Source: Pseudomonadota bacterium (GTDB lineage Bacteria > Desulfobacterota > Desulfobacteria > Desulfobacterales > ETH-SRB1). Taken from it: a stretch of 35,129 bases of DNA. The DNA lies in assembly GCA_018897415.1 (NCBI GenBank), contig JAHIKR010000064.1, positions 1-35,129 on the forward strand, given 5' to 3'. The notes beneath the pieces were generated by a model. It did no database searches. It was given only the letters and a program-made list of their open reading frames with translations, and was not told the DNA's origin. The position numbers and the translations under genes were made by a program. Shown in pieces: positions 25,493 to 33,461 of this stretch (positions are counted from its first letter, which is position 1; every line of letters begins with the position of its first letter).

Positions 25493-26056
25493 ATGTGCCG
25501 GGTGTATAACAACGGTAATAATGTTTTTTGGATAATGGGTCCCACAGCGAGCGGTAAAACGACTTTAGCCAATATCATTCTATCAAAGTTACGGGAAAAT
25601 GATACACTGGCTATTCATTATGATGGCGATGAGGTGCGAGATTTCTTTGGTCTGAGTCTTGGCTTCGAAAAAGCGGACCGGCTGAAGGTTGTCAAGACGA
25701 TTGTTCATCTTTCAAACAAGGCCATTGATGCCGGCCTAAACGTAATTATTTCCGCTTTAACTGCTAACCAGGATGCACGGGATTATGTGATACGGAATGT
25801 GAAAAATTTAATACTTATTTATCTTGAATGTAGCATCAAAAAATGTATGCAAAGGGACACTAAGGGCCTCTACGAAAAAGCGGCAAATAAAGAAATAAAC
25901 ACCGTTATCGGTTATAATGATGAATACTTGGCGCCGGAAAATCCAGATATTATCATTAATACAGATGAGAAATCGGTTGAAAGCAGTGCTCTCGATCTTA
26001 TGGAACGACTTCGCGAGCGTGGAATTATAAAAAAACCTTTCCAGAATTTAATCTAA
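25493..26056 (+). CDS. cysC: Adenylyl-sulfate (APS) kinase family protein
   Basis: P-loop GPTASGKTT, YDGDEVR and ISALTANQDARDYV resemble the CysC motifs (GxSGSGKST, LDGDNxR, SFISP). The substrate cannot be inferred from sequence. Confidence 0.65.
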   Translation: MCRVYNNGNNVFWIMGPTASGKTTLANIILSKLRENDTLAIHYDGDEVRDFFGLSLGFEKADRLKVVKTIVHLSNKAIDAGLNVIISALTANQDARDYVIRNVKNLILIYLECSIKKCMQRDTKGLYEKAANKEINTVIGYNDEYLAPENPDIIINTDEKSVESSALDLMERLRERGIIKKPFQNLI

Positions 26057-26101
26057 ATCTTCCATTAACAACAGGCTGCTAATGAAGAACATTTTTTTAG
26101 A

Positions 26102-26175
26102 CCTAAAGATACGCTCCTCGCTATTGGGAAATTCTCAATCTTGAGTTAATGAGATCGCTGATGAGTTCTATTGTG
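26102..26175 (+). repeat. Direct repeat copy 2 (pseudo wzx 3' end plus the true start of ORF 26149)
   Basis: Reads ...LKIRSSLLGNSQS* followed by ATGAGATCGCTGATGAGTTCT. It mirrors LKTRSLLGNSQS* plus atgggattgctgatgagttct at 24285-24355. Confidence 0.85.
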
Positions 26176-28023
26176 ATTATACATAGTCTATCACGTGCAC
26201 GGCATTTCTTGAGCACTCAGCCGCGTCACTTGCTTGGCAATGGACGTTATTTGGCCTTTCCGACTTCTACTACCCTAATGGTTATCAAGTTTTTGGAAGA
26301 TCTTGGTATAAAGGCGTTTCTTCCATGCCCTATTTCTAAAGAACGGCGCGACAAATTTCTGCGTGATTATATTGATATAATGGATGTACTGGCAGATCAA
26401 AACGGTCATGAGCTGCAATGGTGGGCTACCGATCTGGCTTCAAAAAATCGTTTTACTTCTCCTCTATTTGGGCTTCTAGATGCGCTTGTACGTTGCCATG
26501 ATGCTATAGACAAGGTATCTGGACAAAGACAATTGTTAGTTCTTATCCATCCGCCCTGGCCGGTAGTGCTTTCCCTGGAAAACTCAGCCAAGATTTGTGA
26601 GTGGGACTTGAAGATTCTATCATCGCCTATTTCAAAGTACCTTGCTCGATATCGAGGCAAGGCTAAAACATGGATGAGTGTTCTTATGGGGGGTTTTTCT
26701 TCTCTCTTTCGCATTTGGGAAACAAGACGTTGCTTCGGACTAATGCATAGGAAGAAAGAAAAAAATAAGCCGATTTATTTAATAAAGAGTTTTGTATATC
26801 CTGGCTCATTTTCCAAAGATGGTCTCTTTCATGACCCTTTTTTTGGAAAACTGTCGGAATTCCTCAAAAGGTCGATAGGGGATAAGGTTGACATTCTTAC
26901 TGTAGCTGTTGGCGCAGAAAATAGGAATGAATGTTATCAACGGATGAAGTCTCTTAAAGGACAACAGGTTGTTCCGTTGGAAGCGTTTTTGAGGTATTCT
27001 GATGTCCTTAAGGCGCTTCTGCATATATGGTGGAGTTGTATTACCAAACCGTTTCGGATGGTGACCAAATTGTCTTTTCTTGGAAACGAAATTTCAGGCC
27101 TGGTAAAAGAGTGCCTTTCATCAGGTGGTTGGAGGATTAAGCTTTATCAATATTTACATTTGTTTGCTGCTGAGCAAATTGTCCGGACTTATCGGCTTTA
27201 CGCCTGTGCGTTAACATTTGAAGGGAACCCTTGGGAGCGTATGTTTGTCGAAGGACTGAGACGTCATTTTCCGGAAACGCCTATTTTTGGTTACCAGCAT
27301 TCAGTTGTCCCTCAAGCTGCTGCCGGGGTTTTTATCAGCCCGAGAGAAAAAAAATACTCCCCCTTGCCATCCATTGTATTAACCACGGGTGATGTCCCAG
27401 CCGGCATTATGCGGCATTACGGAATGTTATCCGACGATAGTATTCGGCCATCGTGCGCTTTACGTTATGACTATCTTTATAATATAAATTATAGGGAGAG
27501 TGGGGAGCAGAGTAGATTTCTTGTGCTTGTGGCCTTAGAAGGTGTTCTGGAGGTGCTTCCTCTGCTTGAATATGTGTTTGATCAGGCTCCAAAATGCTCA
27601 GATGCCATTTTCCGCATTCGCGCACATCCGGTAATGCCTTTGCCGGAAATTCTAAGTAAACTAGGCAGGAGGATAGACCCGGAGGGGAATATTGAGACTT
27701 CCTCAGGTGGGACGGTGGCCAGTGATGTAGAGAAGAGTTCTGCAATTCTCTACTGGGGGACAACCGTGGCATTAGAAGCTTTAATGATGGGGAAGCCTCT
27801 AATACACTTTGATCGGGGTGATTTGCTCAGCTATGACCCCTTGTTCGAATTTAACGATTTCAAGTGGACCGTAGGAAAAAACAAGGATCTTCACACTATT
27901 CTGGAAGAAATCCGAAACCTGCCTGATGAAAAGCATGCTGTTTTGAGTGAGATAGGAAGAAACTATATTAGTTCGTATTTTAATAAAGTTAATGAAAAAT
28001 CCATAAGCAAATTCCTTCCTTAA
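26149..28023 (+). CDS. Large orphan protein with a GT-B-like C-terminal half (candidate Kdo/NulO transferase)
   Basis: 624 aa. The pattern TFEGNPWE ... GYQHSV ... FRIRAHPV ... ILYWGTTVALEALMMGKPLIHFD recalls HP-motif sialyl/Kdo-type or capsule-synthesis GT-B enzymes. By eye the layout parallels ORF 20839. Confidence 0.55.
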   Translation: MRSLMSSIVIIHSLSRARHFLSTQPRHLLGNGRYLAFPTSTTLMVIKFLEDLGIKAFLPCPISKERRDKFLRDYIDIMDVLADQNGHELQWWATDLASKNRFTSPLFGLLDALVRCHDAIDKVSGQRQLLVLIHPPWPVVLSLENSAKICEWDLKILSSPISKYLARYRGKAKTWMSVLMGGFSSLFRIWETRRCFGLMHRKKEKNKPIYLIKSFVYPGSFSKDGLFHDPFFGKLSEFLKRSIGDKVDILTVAVGAENRNECYQRMKSLKGQQVVPLEAFLRYSDVLKALLHIWWSCITKPFRMVTKLSFLGNEISGLVKECLSSGGWRIKLYQYLHLFAAEQIVRTYRLYACALTFEGNPWERMFVEGLRRHFPETPIFGYQHSVVPQAAAGVFISPREKKYSPLPSIVLTTGDVPAGIMRHYGMLSDDSIRPSCALRYDYLYNINYRESGEQSRFLVLVALEGVLEVLPLLEYVFDQAPKCSDAIFRIRAHPVMPLPEILSKLGRRIDPEGNIETSSGGTVASDVEKSSAILYWGTTVALEALMMGKPLIHFDRGDLLSYDPLFEFNDFKWTVGKNKDLHTILEEIRNLPDEKHAVLSEIGRNYISSYFNKVNEKSISKFLP

Positions 28024-28051
28024 ATTCATTGGATATTGTTTCCCTTAAGGC

Positions 28052-28081
28052 TTGACAAATCGTTTGGTCTCTTCATATAAG
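28052..28081 (+). promoter_or_regulatory. Candidate sigma70-type promoter (TTGACA-N18-TATAAG) for the CBS-kdsA-kdsB sub-operon
   Basis: TTGACA at 28052-28057 and TATAAG at 28076-28081. It lies in a 290-nt gap after ORF 26149 and about 230 nt upstream of the ATG at 28314. Confidence 0.35.
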
Positions 28082-28313
28082 CTGGATGAATTTTTTTTAC
28101 AATTTTGAGTAGCGGGTGCCACTGATATGAACAAGACATTGAGGGGGAAACACGTTTGTTGAAAAAGTTTCATAAAATGAGACCTTCATTTTCGTACGAG
28201 AAATGGCAAGGAGAGCGAAGTGGATACGCCACTGAGACAATTACATAGGTGGCATCTTAGAACATTAGTTTTAAGGTTTTGGAGTTTGTAAATTAGCTCA
28301 GGAGGTATAGAAT

Positions 28314-28703
28314 ATGAAAAGAATAACTGAGATTATGCGGTCAGGAGAAAATAATGCAGTATCAAATAAGGATGCCTGTTTTAGAGAAGTCTTGGAGATA
28401 ATGGATGCCAAGCGTCTTGGTGTGGTTTGTATTGTGGATGAGGGAAAACTGATAGGAATAGTGACTGACGGAGATCTCAGACGACTCATTCTAAAAACAC
28501 AGGATACCTTGCCTGACCTTTTTATGAAGAAAGTTAACAAGATTATGACTCTAAACCCAAAAGTTATCTCATCTGAGGCAAGTCTTGAAGATTGCCTTAA
28601 TATGTTAAAAAAACACAGATTTTGGGTTATTCCGGTGGTTAATGAAGAGCAGATGCTTCTGGGAGTTGTGCATATGCAGGATCTGCTTGAAGCACTGATA
28701 TAG
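28314..28703 (+). CDS. Stand-alone CBS-pair protein corresponding to the C-terminal part of KdsD/KpsF arabinose-5-phosphate isomerase
   Basis: ITEIMRSGENNAV...LGVVCIVDEGKLIGIVTDGDLRRLIL...IMTLNPKVI...VIPVVNEEQMLLGVVHMQDLLEA matches the KdsD CBS region. There is no SIS domain, and an in-frame stop lies 2 codons upstream of the ATG. Strong RBS AGGAGG. Confidence 0.75.
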   Translation: MKRITEIMRSGENNAVSNKDACFREVLEIMDAKRLGVVCIVDEGKLIGIVTDGDLRRLILKTQDTLPDLFMKKVNKIMTLNPKVISSEASLEDCLNMLKKHRFWVIPVVNEEQMLLGVVHMQDLLEALI

Positions 28704-28712
28704 GGAGAAGAC

Positions 28713-29570
28713 ATGATAAAAGACGTCCATATTGGAAAGGAACGTGTAGAAAAAGTTGTTGTTGGAGAAAACGAGCCATTGACTCTGATTGCCGGTCCGT
28801 GTGCGATTGAATCAGAAGAACATTCGCTACGAATGGCAGAGGCTATTCAGGAAATAACCAAAAGACTCAAAATTCAATTCGTCTTCAAGTCTTGTTATGA
28901 TAAAGATTGCAGAAGTTCTATTAAAAGTTACCATGGGATTGGTGTTACCAAAGGGCTTGCGATATTGAGAAAAGTCCGTGAGACTTTCCATGTTCCGGTC
29001 ACCGCAGATGTAAGCAATGTTGCCTTGGTGAGCGAGGTGGCCGAAGTTGTTGATCTCATACAGATTCCAGCCTATCTCAGCCGTCAAACACATTTACTGG
29101 TCTCCGCCGGCGAAACCGGCCTCCCTATTCATATCAAAAAGGGACAGTTTCTAAGTCCATGGAATATGAAAAATGCGGCCATTAAGGTCGAGTCCACTGG
29201 AAATCGTAACATTATCCTGACGGATCGGGGGACATTTTTCGGATATAACATGCTTGTAACCGATATGCGTTGCTTTAGAATCATGCGAGACTCCGGTTAC
29301 CCCGTGTGTTATGATGCTACGCACAGCATTCAAATGCCTGGTAGCCTTGGAACTTCCAGTGGTGGGCAAAGAGAGTTCATTCCTGATCTTACAAGGGCTG
29401 CCATGGGAGCCGGTGCTAACGCTCTGTTCATTGAAGTGCACGACAATCCTCAAAGTGCCCTGTGCGATGCCACGACACAACTCCCTTTGAAATTTCTGGA
29501 GGCTTTGCTCATACAGGCAAAGGCAATATACGATTTGGTCCGTCAGTTTCCGGAATTAGAAATCAATTAG
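28713..29570 (+). CDS. kdsA: 3-deoxy-8-phosphooctulonate (Kdo-8-P) synthase
   Basis: LTLIAGPCAIESEEH, FKSCYDKDCRSS, IQIPAYLSRQTHLL, DATHSIQMPG. Confidence 0.9.
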   Translation: MIKDVHIGKERVEKVVVGENEPLTLIAGPCAIESEEHSLRMAEAIQEITKRLKIQFVFKSCYDKDCRSSIKSYHGIGVTKGLAILRKVRETFHVPVTADVSNVALVSEVAEVVDLIQIPAYLSRQTHLLVSAGETGLPIHIKKGQFLSPWNMKNAAIKVESTGNRNIILTDRGTFFGYNMLVTDMRCFRIMRDSGYPVCYDATHSIQMPGSLGTSSGGQREFIPDLTRAAMGAGANALFIEVHDNPQSALCDATTQLPLKFLEALLIQAKAIYDLVRQFPELEIN

Positions 29571-29618
29571 TTGCATTTTAAATAAACCATAACGCAGAGA
29601 ACTAGTCGAAGGAGAAAA

Positions 29619-30389
29619 ATGAAAAAAAGAGTTGTAGCTGTTATTCCTGCCCGCATGGGATCATCCAGATTTCCGGGTAAACCGCTAGCTATGATCCTCA
29701 ATTTGCCCATGATCGAGCATGTGCGCAGAAGGGTTTGCCTTTCCGACGTCATAGACGATGTCTATGTAGCTACATGCGACCAAGAGATCTTCGATGTCGT
29801 CATCCGTTTTGGCGGTAAAACGGTCATGACCAAGAATACCCATGAACGCTGTACGGACAGAGTTGAGGAGGCAGCTCACGAGATTGACCTGGATATTGCC
29901 GTTATGGTTCAGGGAGATGAGCCTCTATTTATGCCGGAGGCTCTCGCCAAGCTGGTTGAACCAATGCTTGTTGATGATTTGCTGCCATGCACAAATCTAA
30001 TTTCAGTGATTCATAATGATGAAGATTTATCCGATGTGGATATCGTAAAAACTGTGCTGGATGAGAAGGGCTTTGTTATGTATTTTTCAAGGTCTCCTGT
30101 TCCACATATACGCGTCCAAAACGACTGCCCACTCTTTCGCCAAACGGGAGTTTCTGCCTTTACAAAGTCCTTTCTGCATACCTATTCCAAGCTTCAGCCT
30201 ACGATGCTTGAGGTGGCGGAGTCCGTAGATTTTTTGCGTATTATAGGGCACCGATATCCGATCAAAGGAGTCATATACGATCGCGTCTTAGTAGGAGTGG
30301 ATCGTCCCGATGATATTGGTAAGGTTGAGAAAATTCTGAGCGAGGATCCTGAACAAAAAACACTCTATGAGAGAATACTGAATATATGA
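29619..30389 (+). CDS. kdsB: 3-deoxy-manno-octulosonate cytidylyltransferase (CMP-Kdo synthetase)
   Basis: VAVIPARMGSSRFPGKPLAMI, VMVQGDEPLF, 256 aa, RBS GAAGGAG. Confidence 0.85.
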   Translation: MKKRVVAVIPARMGSSRFPGKPLAMILNLPMIEHVRRRVCLSDVIDDVYVATCDQEIFDVVIRFGGKTVMTKNTHERCTDRVEEAAHEIDLDIAVMVQGDEPLFMPEALAKLVEPMLVDDLLPCTNLISVIHNDEDLSDVDIVKTVLDEKGFVMYFSRSPVPHIRVQNDCPLFRQTGVSAFTKSFLHTYSKLQPTMLEVAESVDFLRIIGHRYPIKGVIYDRVLVGVDRPDDIGKVEKILSEDPEQKTLYERILNI

Positions 30390-30595
30390 ACAAAAAAATA
30401 TTTGTAGCCTTATCAACTTTTGCTGAGTATGGGGATGACCCGTTAAAACTTCTTGAAGAAAGCGGGTTAGAGTATTCTTTGAACTCCTTGGGCCGTCGGA
30501 TTGTCCGGGAGGAAATCATCGAGATGGGCAAAGACGCGACCTGGATTGTTGCTGGAGTTGAGCCTTACAATACCCATATGAGGAGGTATATTTAA
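30386..30595 (+). pseudogene. N-terminal fragment (about 60 aa) of a D-isomer-specific 2-hydroxyacid dehydrogenase (phosphoglycerate-dehydrogenase-like)
   Basis: KIFVALSTFAEYGDDPLKLLEESGLEYSLNSLGRRIVREEIIEMGKDATWIVAGVEPYN fits the N-terminal substrate-binding lobe of this family. The frame then ends after THMRRYI, and the NAD domain is absent. ATGA overlap with the kdsB stop. Confidence 0.5.
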
Positions 30596-30600
30596 ATCGT

Positions 30601-31995
30601 ATGAATATTCTTTTTGTTATCACAAATATTAATGGTACTTATAACGATGCTTATTCTTTTGGATTAGCTTCAATAGCAAGCATTACAAGAGATAAAGGGT
30701 TTAATTATGATATTAAGGTTATTAATAAAATTGAAGATTATGATGACTTATTTGATGCAGTTGAAAGGATAAAACCAAAAGTAATCGGATATTCAAGTGT
30801 ATCTTCTCAATTTATGTTTGTAAAAGATATTTCATCAAAAATAAAGGCAAGATTTCATGATAACATAATACAGGTTTGCGGTGGTATTCATCCAACAATT
30901 TATCCTGAATGTATCCTTGAAACGGAAATGATAGACGGTATTTTTATAGGTGAAGCAGAATATGCATTTTCTGATTTTTTGGATAGGGTATCAAATGGTA
31001 TACCTTACAAAGATGTAAAGAATTTTGCATATAACAATAATGGCACTTTAGTGAAAAATAGTTTGTATCCGCTAGAAACTGAATTAGAAAAGCTCCCATT
31101 TCCTGAAAGGGAAAAATATGGATATGATCGATTCGTAAAGAGAGATGGAATTGCTCATTTCTTATTTGCTAGGGGATGCCCTTACAATTGCAGTTTTTGC
31201 TGTAATCAGGCTAAAGCGCAAACTTACAATATGCGCATAAATACACCAAGATACAGATCTCCTGAAAGCTCCATTGAAGAGATTAAGCGGTTGTTAAAGA
31301 AATTCTCTTTTAGTAAAATTTTTATTTCAGATGATACATTTGGTGTAAATAAAAAATGGATGAGAGAATTTTGCAATAAATATGCTAAAGAAATAAGATT
31401 GCCTCTATGCTGTCAACTGCGTGTTAATATAGTGAACGAAGAAATAATGGAATATCTAAAACTAGCTGGATGTGTTCATGTTACCTGTGGTGTGGAATCA
31501 GGAAATACCTATATAAGAAAAGAAATAATGAAAAAAAACTATAGTGAAAAACAGATTGTCAACGCATATTCTTTATTTAAAAAATATGGAATGACATCAA
31601 ATGTCACAAATATTATAGGAGTTCCACAAGATACTGTTGATACTATTTGGGACACCATCAAATTAAATAGAAAAATTAATCCTACAAGTAGTGGAGTAAA
31701 CATCTTTTATCCGTATCGTGGAACAGAGCTTGGAAATTATTGTTTTAAAAAAGGCTTGATCGATGAAGATATATTTAATAAATTTAGTACAGAACGCAGA
31801 GAGTCTTGTTTGAATTTTCCTGCTGAATTTAAGAAAAAACTTGTCTATTTCCATAGAAATTGGCAATTGCTTGTATATAAACACAGACCATTAAAATTTT
31901 TATATTACTCTTTACTAAAATACATGCCAACACCTTTATTGAATACTCTTAGATTTATAAAAAGAAGGCTCTATATGGTGTTTCCAGGGTGGTGA
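30601..31995 (+). CDS. B12-binding-domain radical SAM enzyme (class B-like), 464-aa form
   Basis: RGCPYNCSFC cluster and an N-terminal cobalamin-binding-like region (KVIGYSSVSSQF...IQVCGGIHPT). The gene is markedly AT-rich. Confidence 0.8.
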   Translation: MNILFVITNINGTYNDAYSFGLASIASITRDKGFNYDIKVINKIEDYDDLFDAVERIKPKVIGYSSVSSQFMFVKDISSKIKARFHDNIIQVCGGIHPTIYPECILETEMIDGIFIGEAEYAFSDFLDRVSNGIPYKDVKNFAYNNNGTLVKNSLYPLETELEKLPFPEREKYGYDRFVKRDGIAHFLFARGCPYNCSFCCNQAKAQTYNMRINTPRYRSPESSIEEIKRLLKKFSFSKIFISDDTFGVNKKWMREFCNKYAKEIRLPLCCQLRVNIVNEEIMEYLKLAGCVHVTCGVESGNTYIRKEIMKKNYSEKQIVNAYSLFKKYGMTSNVTNIIGVPQDTVDTIWDTIKLNRKINPTSSGVNIFYPYRGTELGNYCFKKGLIDEDIFNKFSTERRESCLNFPAEFKKKLVYFHRNWQLLVYKHRPLKFLYYSLLKYMPTPLLNTLRFIKRRLYMVFPGW

Positions 31996-32257
31996 GGTAA
32001 TATCCTCATCCAGCCTATCCAATCCGCCGAGATTATTGTATGTAACCCGTTAGATTATTTATACTTTTTATCCTCTTCCTTAAAGAATACTACGATTATA
32101 GGTAATTATATCCTTATCATCGTTCCATATTATTTTTCCCTTGCACATTCCAGATGGTCGCTGATTGAATCGCATCTTACAAACAAATTGGAATTAGGTG
32201 ACTGACAGACAAAGCGTGATAGAATATGAGCAACATGATAACAAACGATATTGACTC

Positions 32258-33244
32258 ATGAACGATACCAGGCGAAAATATACAGGCAGGGATGTGGCCT
32301 TCATAATCCCTACAAAAGATCGCCCGGAAAAAGTTAAAAATGTTTTAGAGAGTATTGCATCACAGACAATGCTATGTGGCAGGCTAATCGTAGTAGATGG
32401 CGGGCAGAGTGTGAAAGATGTTGTGATGGGCTTTTCCGATAGTTTGCCAGTGGAATATTACGAGTGCCATCCTCCAGGCCAGATTCGTCAGAGAAATATT
32501 GGAATTTCAGTTATTGACGACCGAACACCTCTGGTCGGTTTTCTCGATGATGACATTGTATTGGAGCCGCGGGCGATAGAAGCAATGGTAGCTTTCTGGA
32601 ACAAGTGTGAACCTGATACTGCTGGTGTGTCATTTAATATTATCAATAACCCTTACAGCCATTCATGGATAAGAGCTATTATTGGTATGAGTTCACCACA
32701 ACAAGGTCAGGTGCTTCGTTCTGGATACAATGTTGCCACTTCACCTGTTGCTTCCGATTTAAAAGCCCAATGGCTGTGTGGAGGGGCGACAGTTTGGAAA
32801 AGAGAAATTCTCAGGGAGTATATTAATAAAGAGATATACGCTCGTTGGGCTATTTGTGAGGATCTTATTTTCAGCTACCCGATCGGAAAAAAATACCCCT
32901 TATATGTATGTGCTGATGCTAAGGTTAGACATGAACACGCATATGATCACATGGCTAAAATGAAGTATCGATATTATGGGCGCACTGTTACATTGTGGCG
33001 TTTATATTTTGTAGAGTCTCATATTGAACTTTCCAGAGCGTTCTATTTATGGATGTTGCTGGGTCAGATTACTGCTCGATGTATATCTGGTATCATTTCG
33101 TTTCGGGCAAGTGATATTGAATATGCTATTGGCCAGATAGAAGGTGTCGTAATTGGACTGACAGCAATACTTCGCGGTTCAAACCTCTTGTCCCTCTTGA
33201 ATGAAGATACTATTAGCAAACAAAAATGTCCCCTAAAGTCATAG
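32258..33244 (+). CDS. Glycosyltransferase family 2 (GT-A)
   Basis: VAFIIPTKDRPEKVKNVLESIASQT, VVDGG and a FLDDDIVLEP DxD motif. Confidence 0.8.
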   Translation: MNDTRRKYTGRDVAFIIPTKDRPEKVKNVLESIASQTMLCGRLIVVDGGQSVKDVVMGFSDSLPVEYYECHPPGQIRQRNIGISVIDDRTPLVGFLDDDIVLEPRAIEAMVAFWNKCEPDTAGVSFNIINNPYSHSWIRAIIGMSSPQQGQVLRSGYNVATSPVASDLKAQWLCGGATVWKREILREYINKEIYARWAICEDLIFSYPIGKKYPLYVCADAKVRHEHAYDHMAKMKYRYYGRTVTLWRLYFVESHIELSRAFYLWMLLGQITARCISGIISFRASDIEYAIGQIEGVVIGLTAILRGSNLLSLLNEDTISKQKCPLKS

Positions 33245-33261
33245 ACCACAAGCCATAAAGT

Positions 33262-33461
33262 GAGACCTTTGAAAAACGCTTCCTTTATGTCATTCCCGCG
33301 AAGCTTGTCCTCGACCCGATCGGGGAGCGGGAATCTATAACTGATTGAGAATGCTTGTCCTCGACCTGATCGGGGACTGGATTCCCGTTTTCACGGGAAT
33401 GACGATCTTGTCCTCGACCTGATCGGGGATTAGACTATTTCTGGCAAAATTCAAAGGTCTC
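33262..33461 (+). mobile_element. MITE-like element C (200 bp): same terminal repeats as elements A and B, different interior, TSD AAAGT
   Basis: The ends gagacctttgaa / ttcaaaggtctc form a perfect 12-bp inverted repeat. The flanking pentamers 33257-33261 and 33462-33466 are both AAAGT. The interior holds 3 copies of cttgtcctcgacc(c/t)gatcgggga (33303, 33353, 33406) and attcccg...cgggaat hairpins. Confidence 0.8.

Noticed and set aside
28298-28714. 138-aa minus-strand ORF covering the CBS gene
   Set aside because: The + strand frame has a KdsD-type CBS sequence and a perfect AGGAGG RBS. The minus-strand frame is Ser/Ile-rich with no signals.
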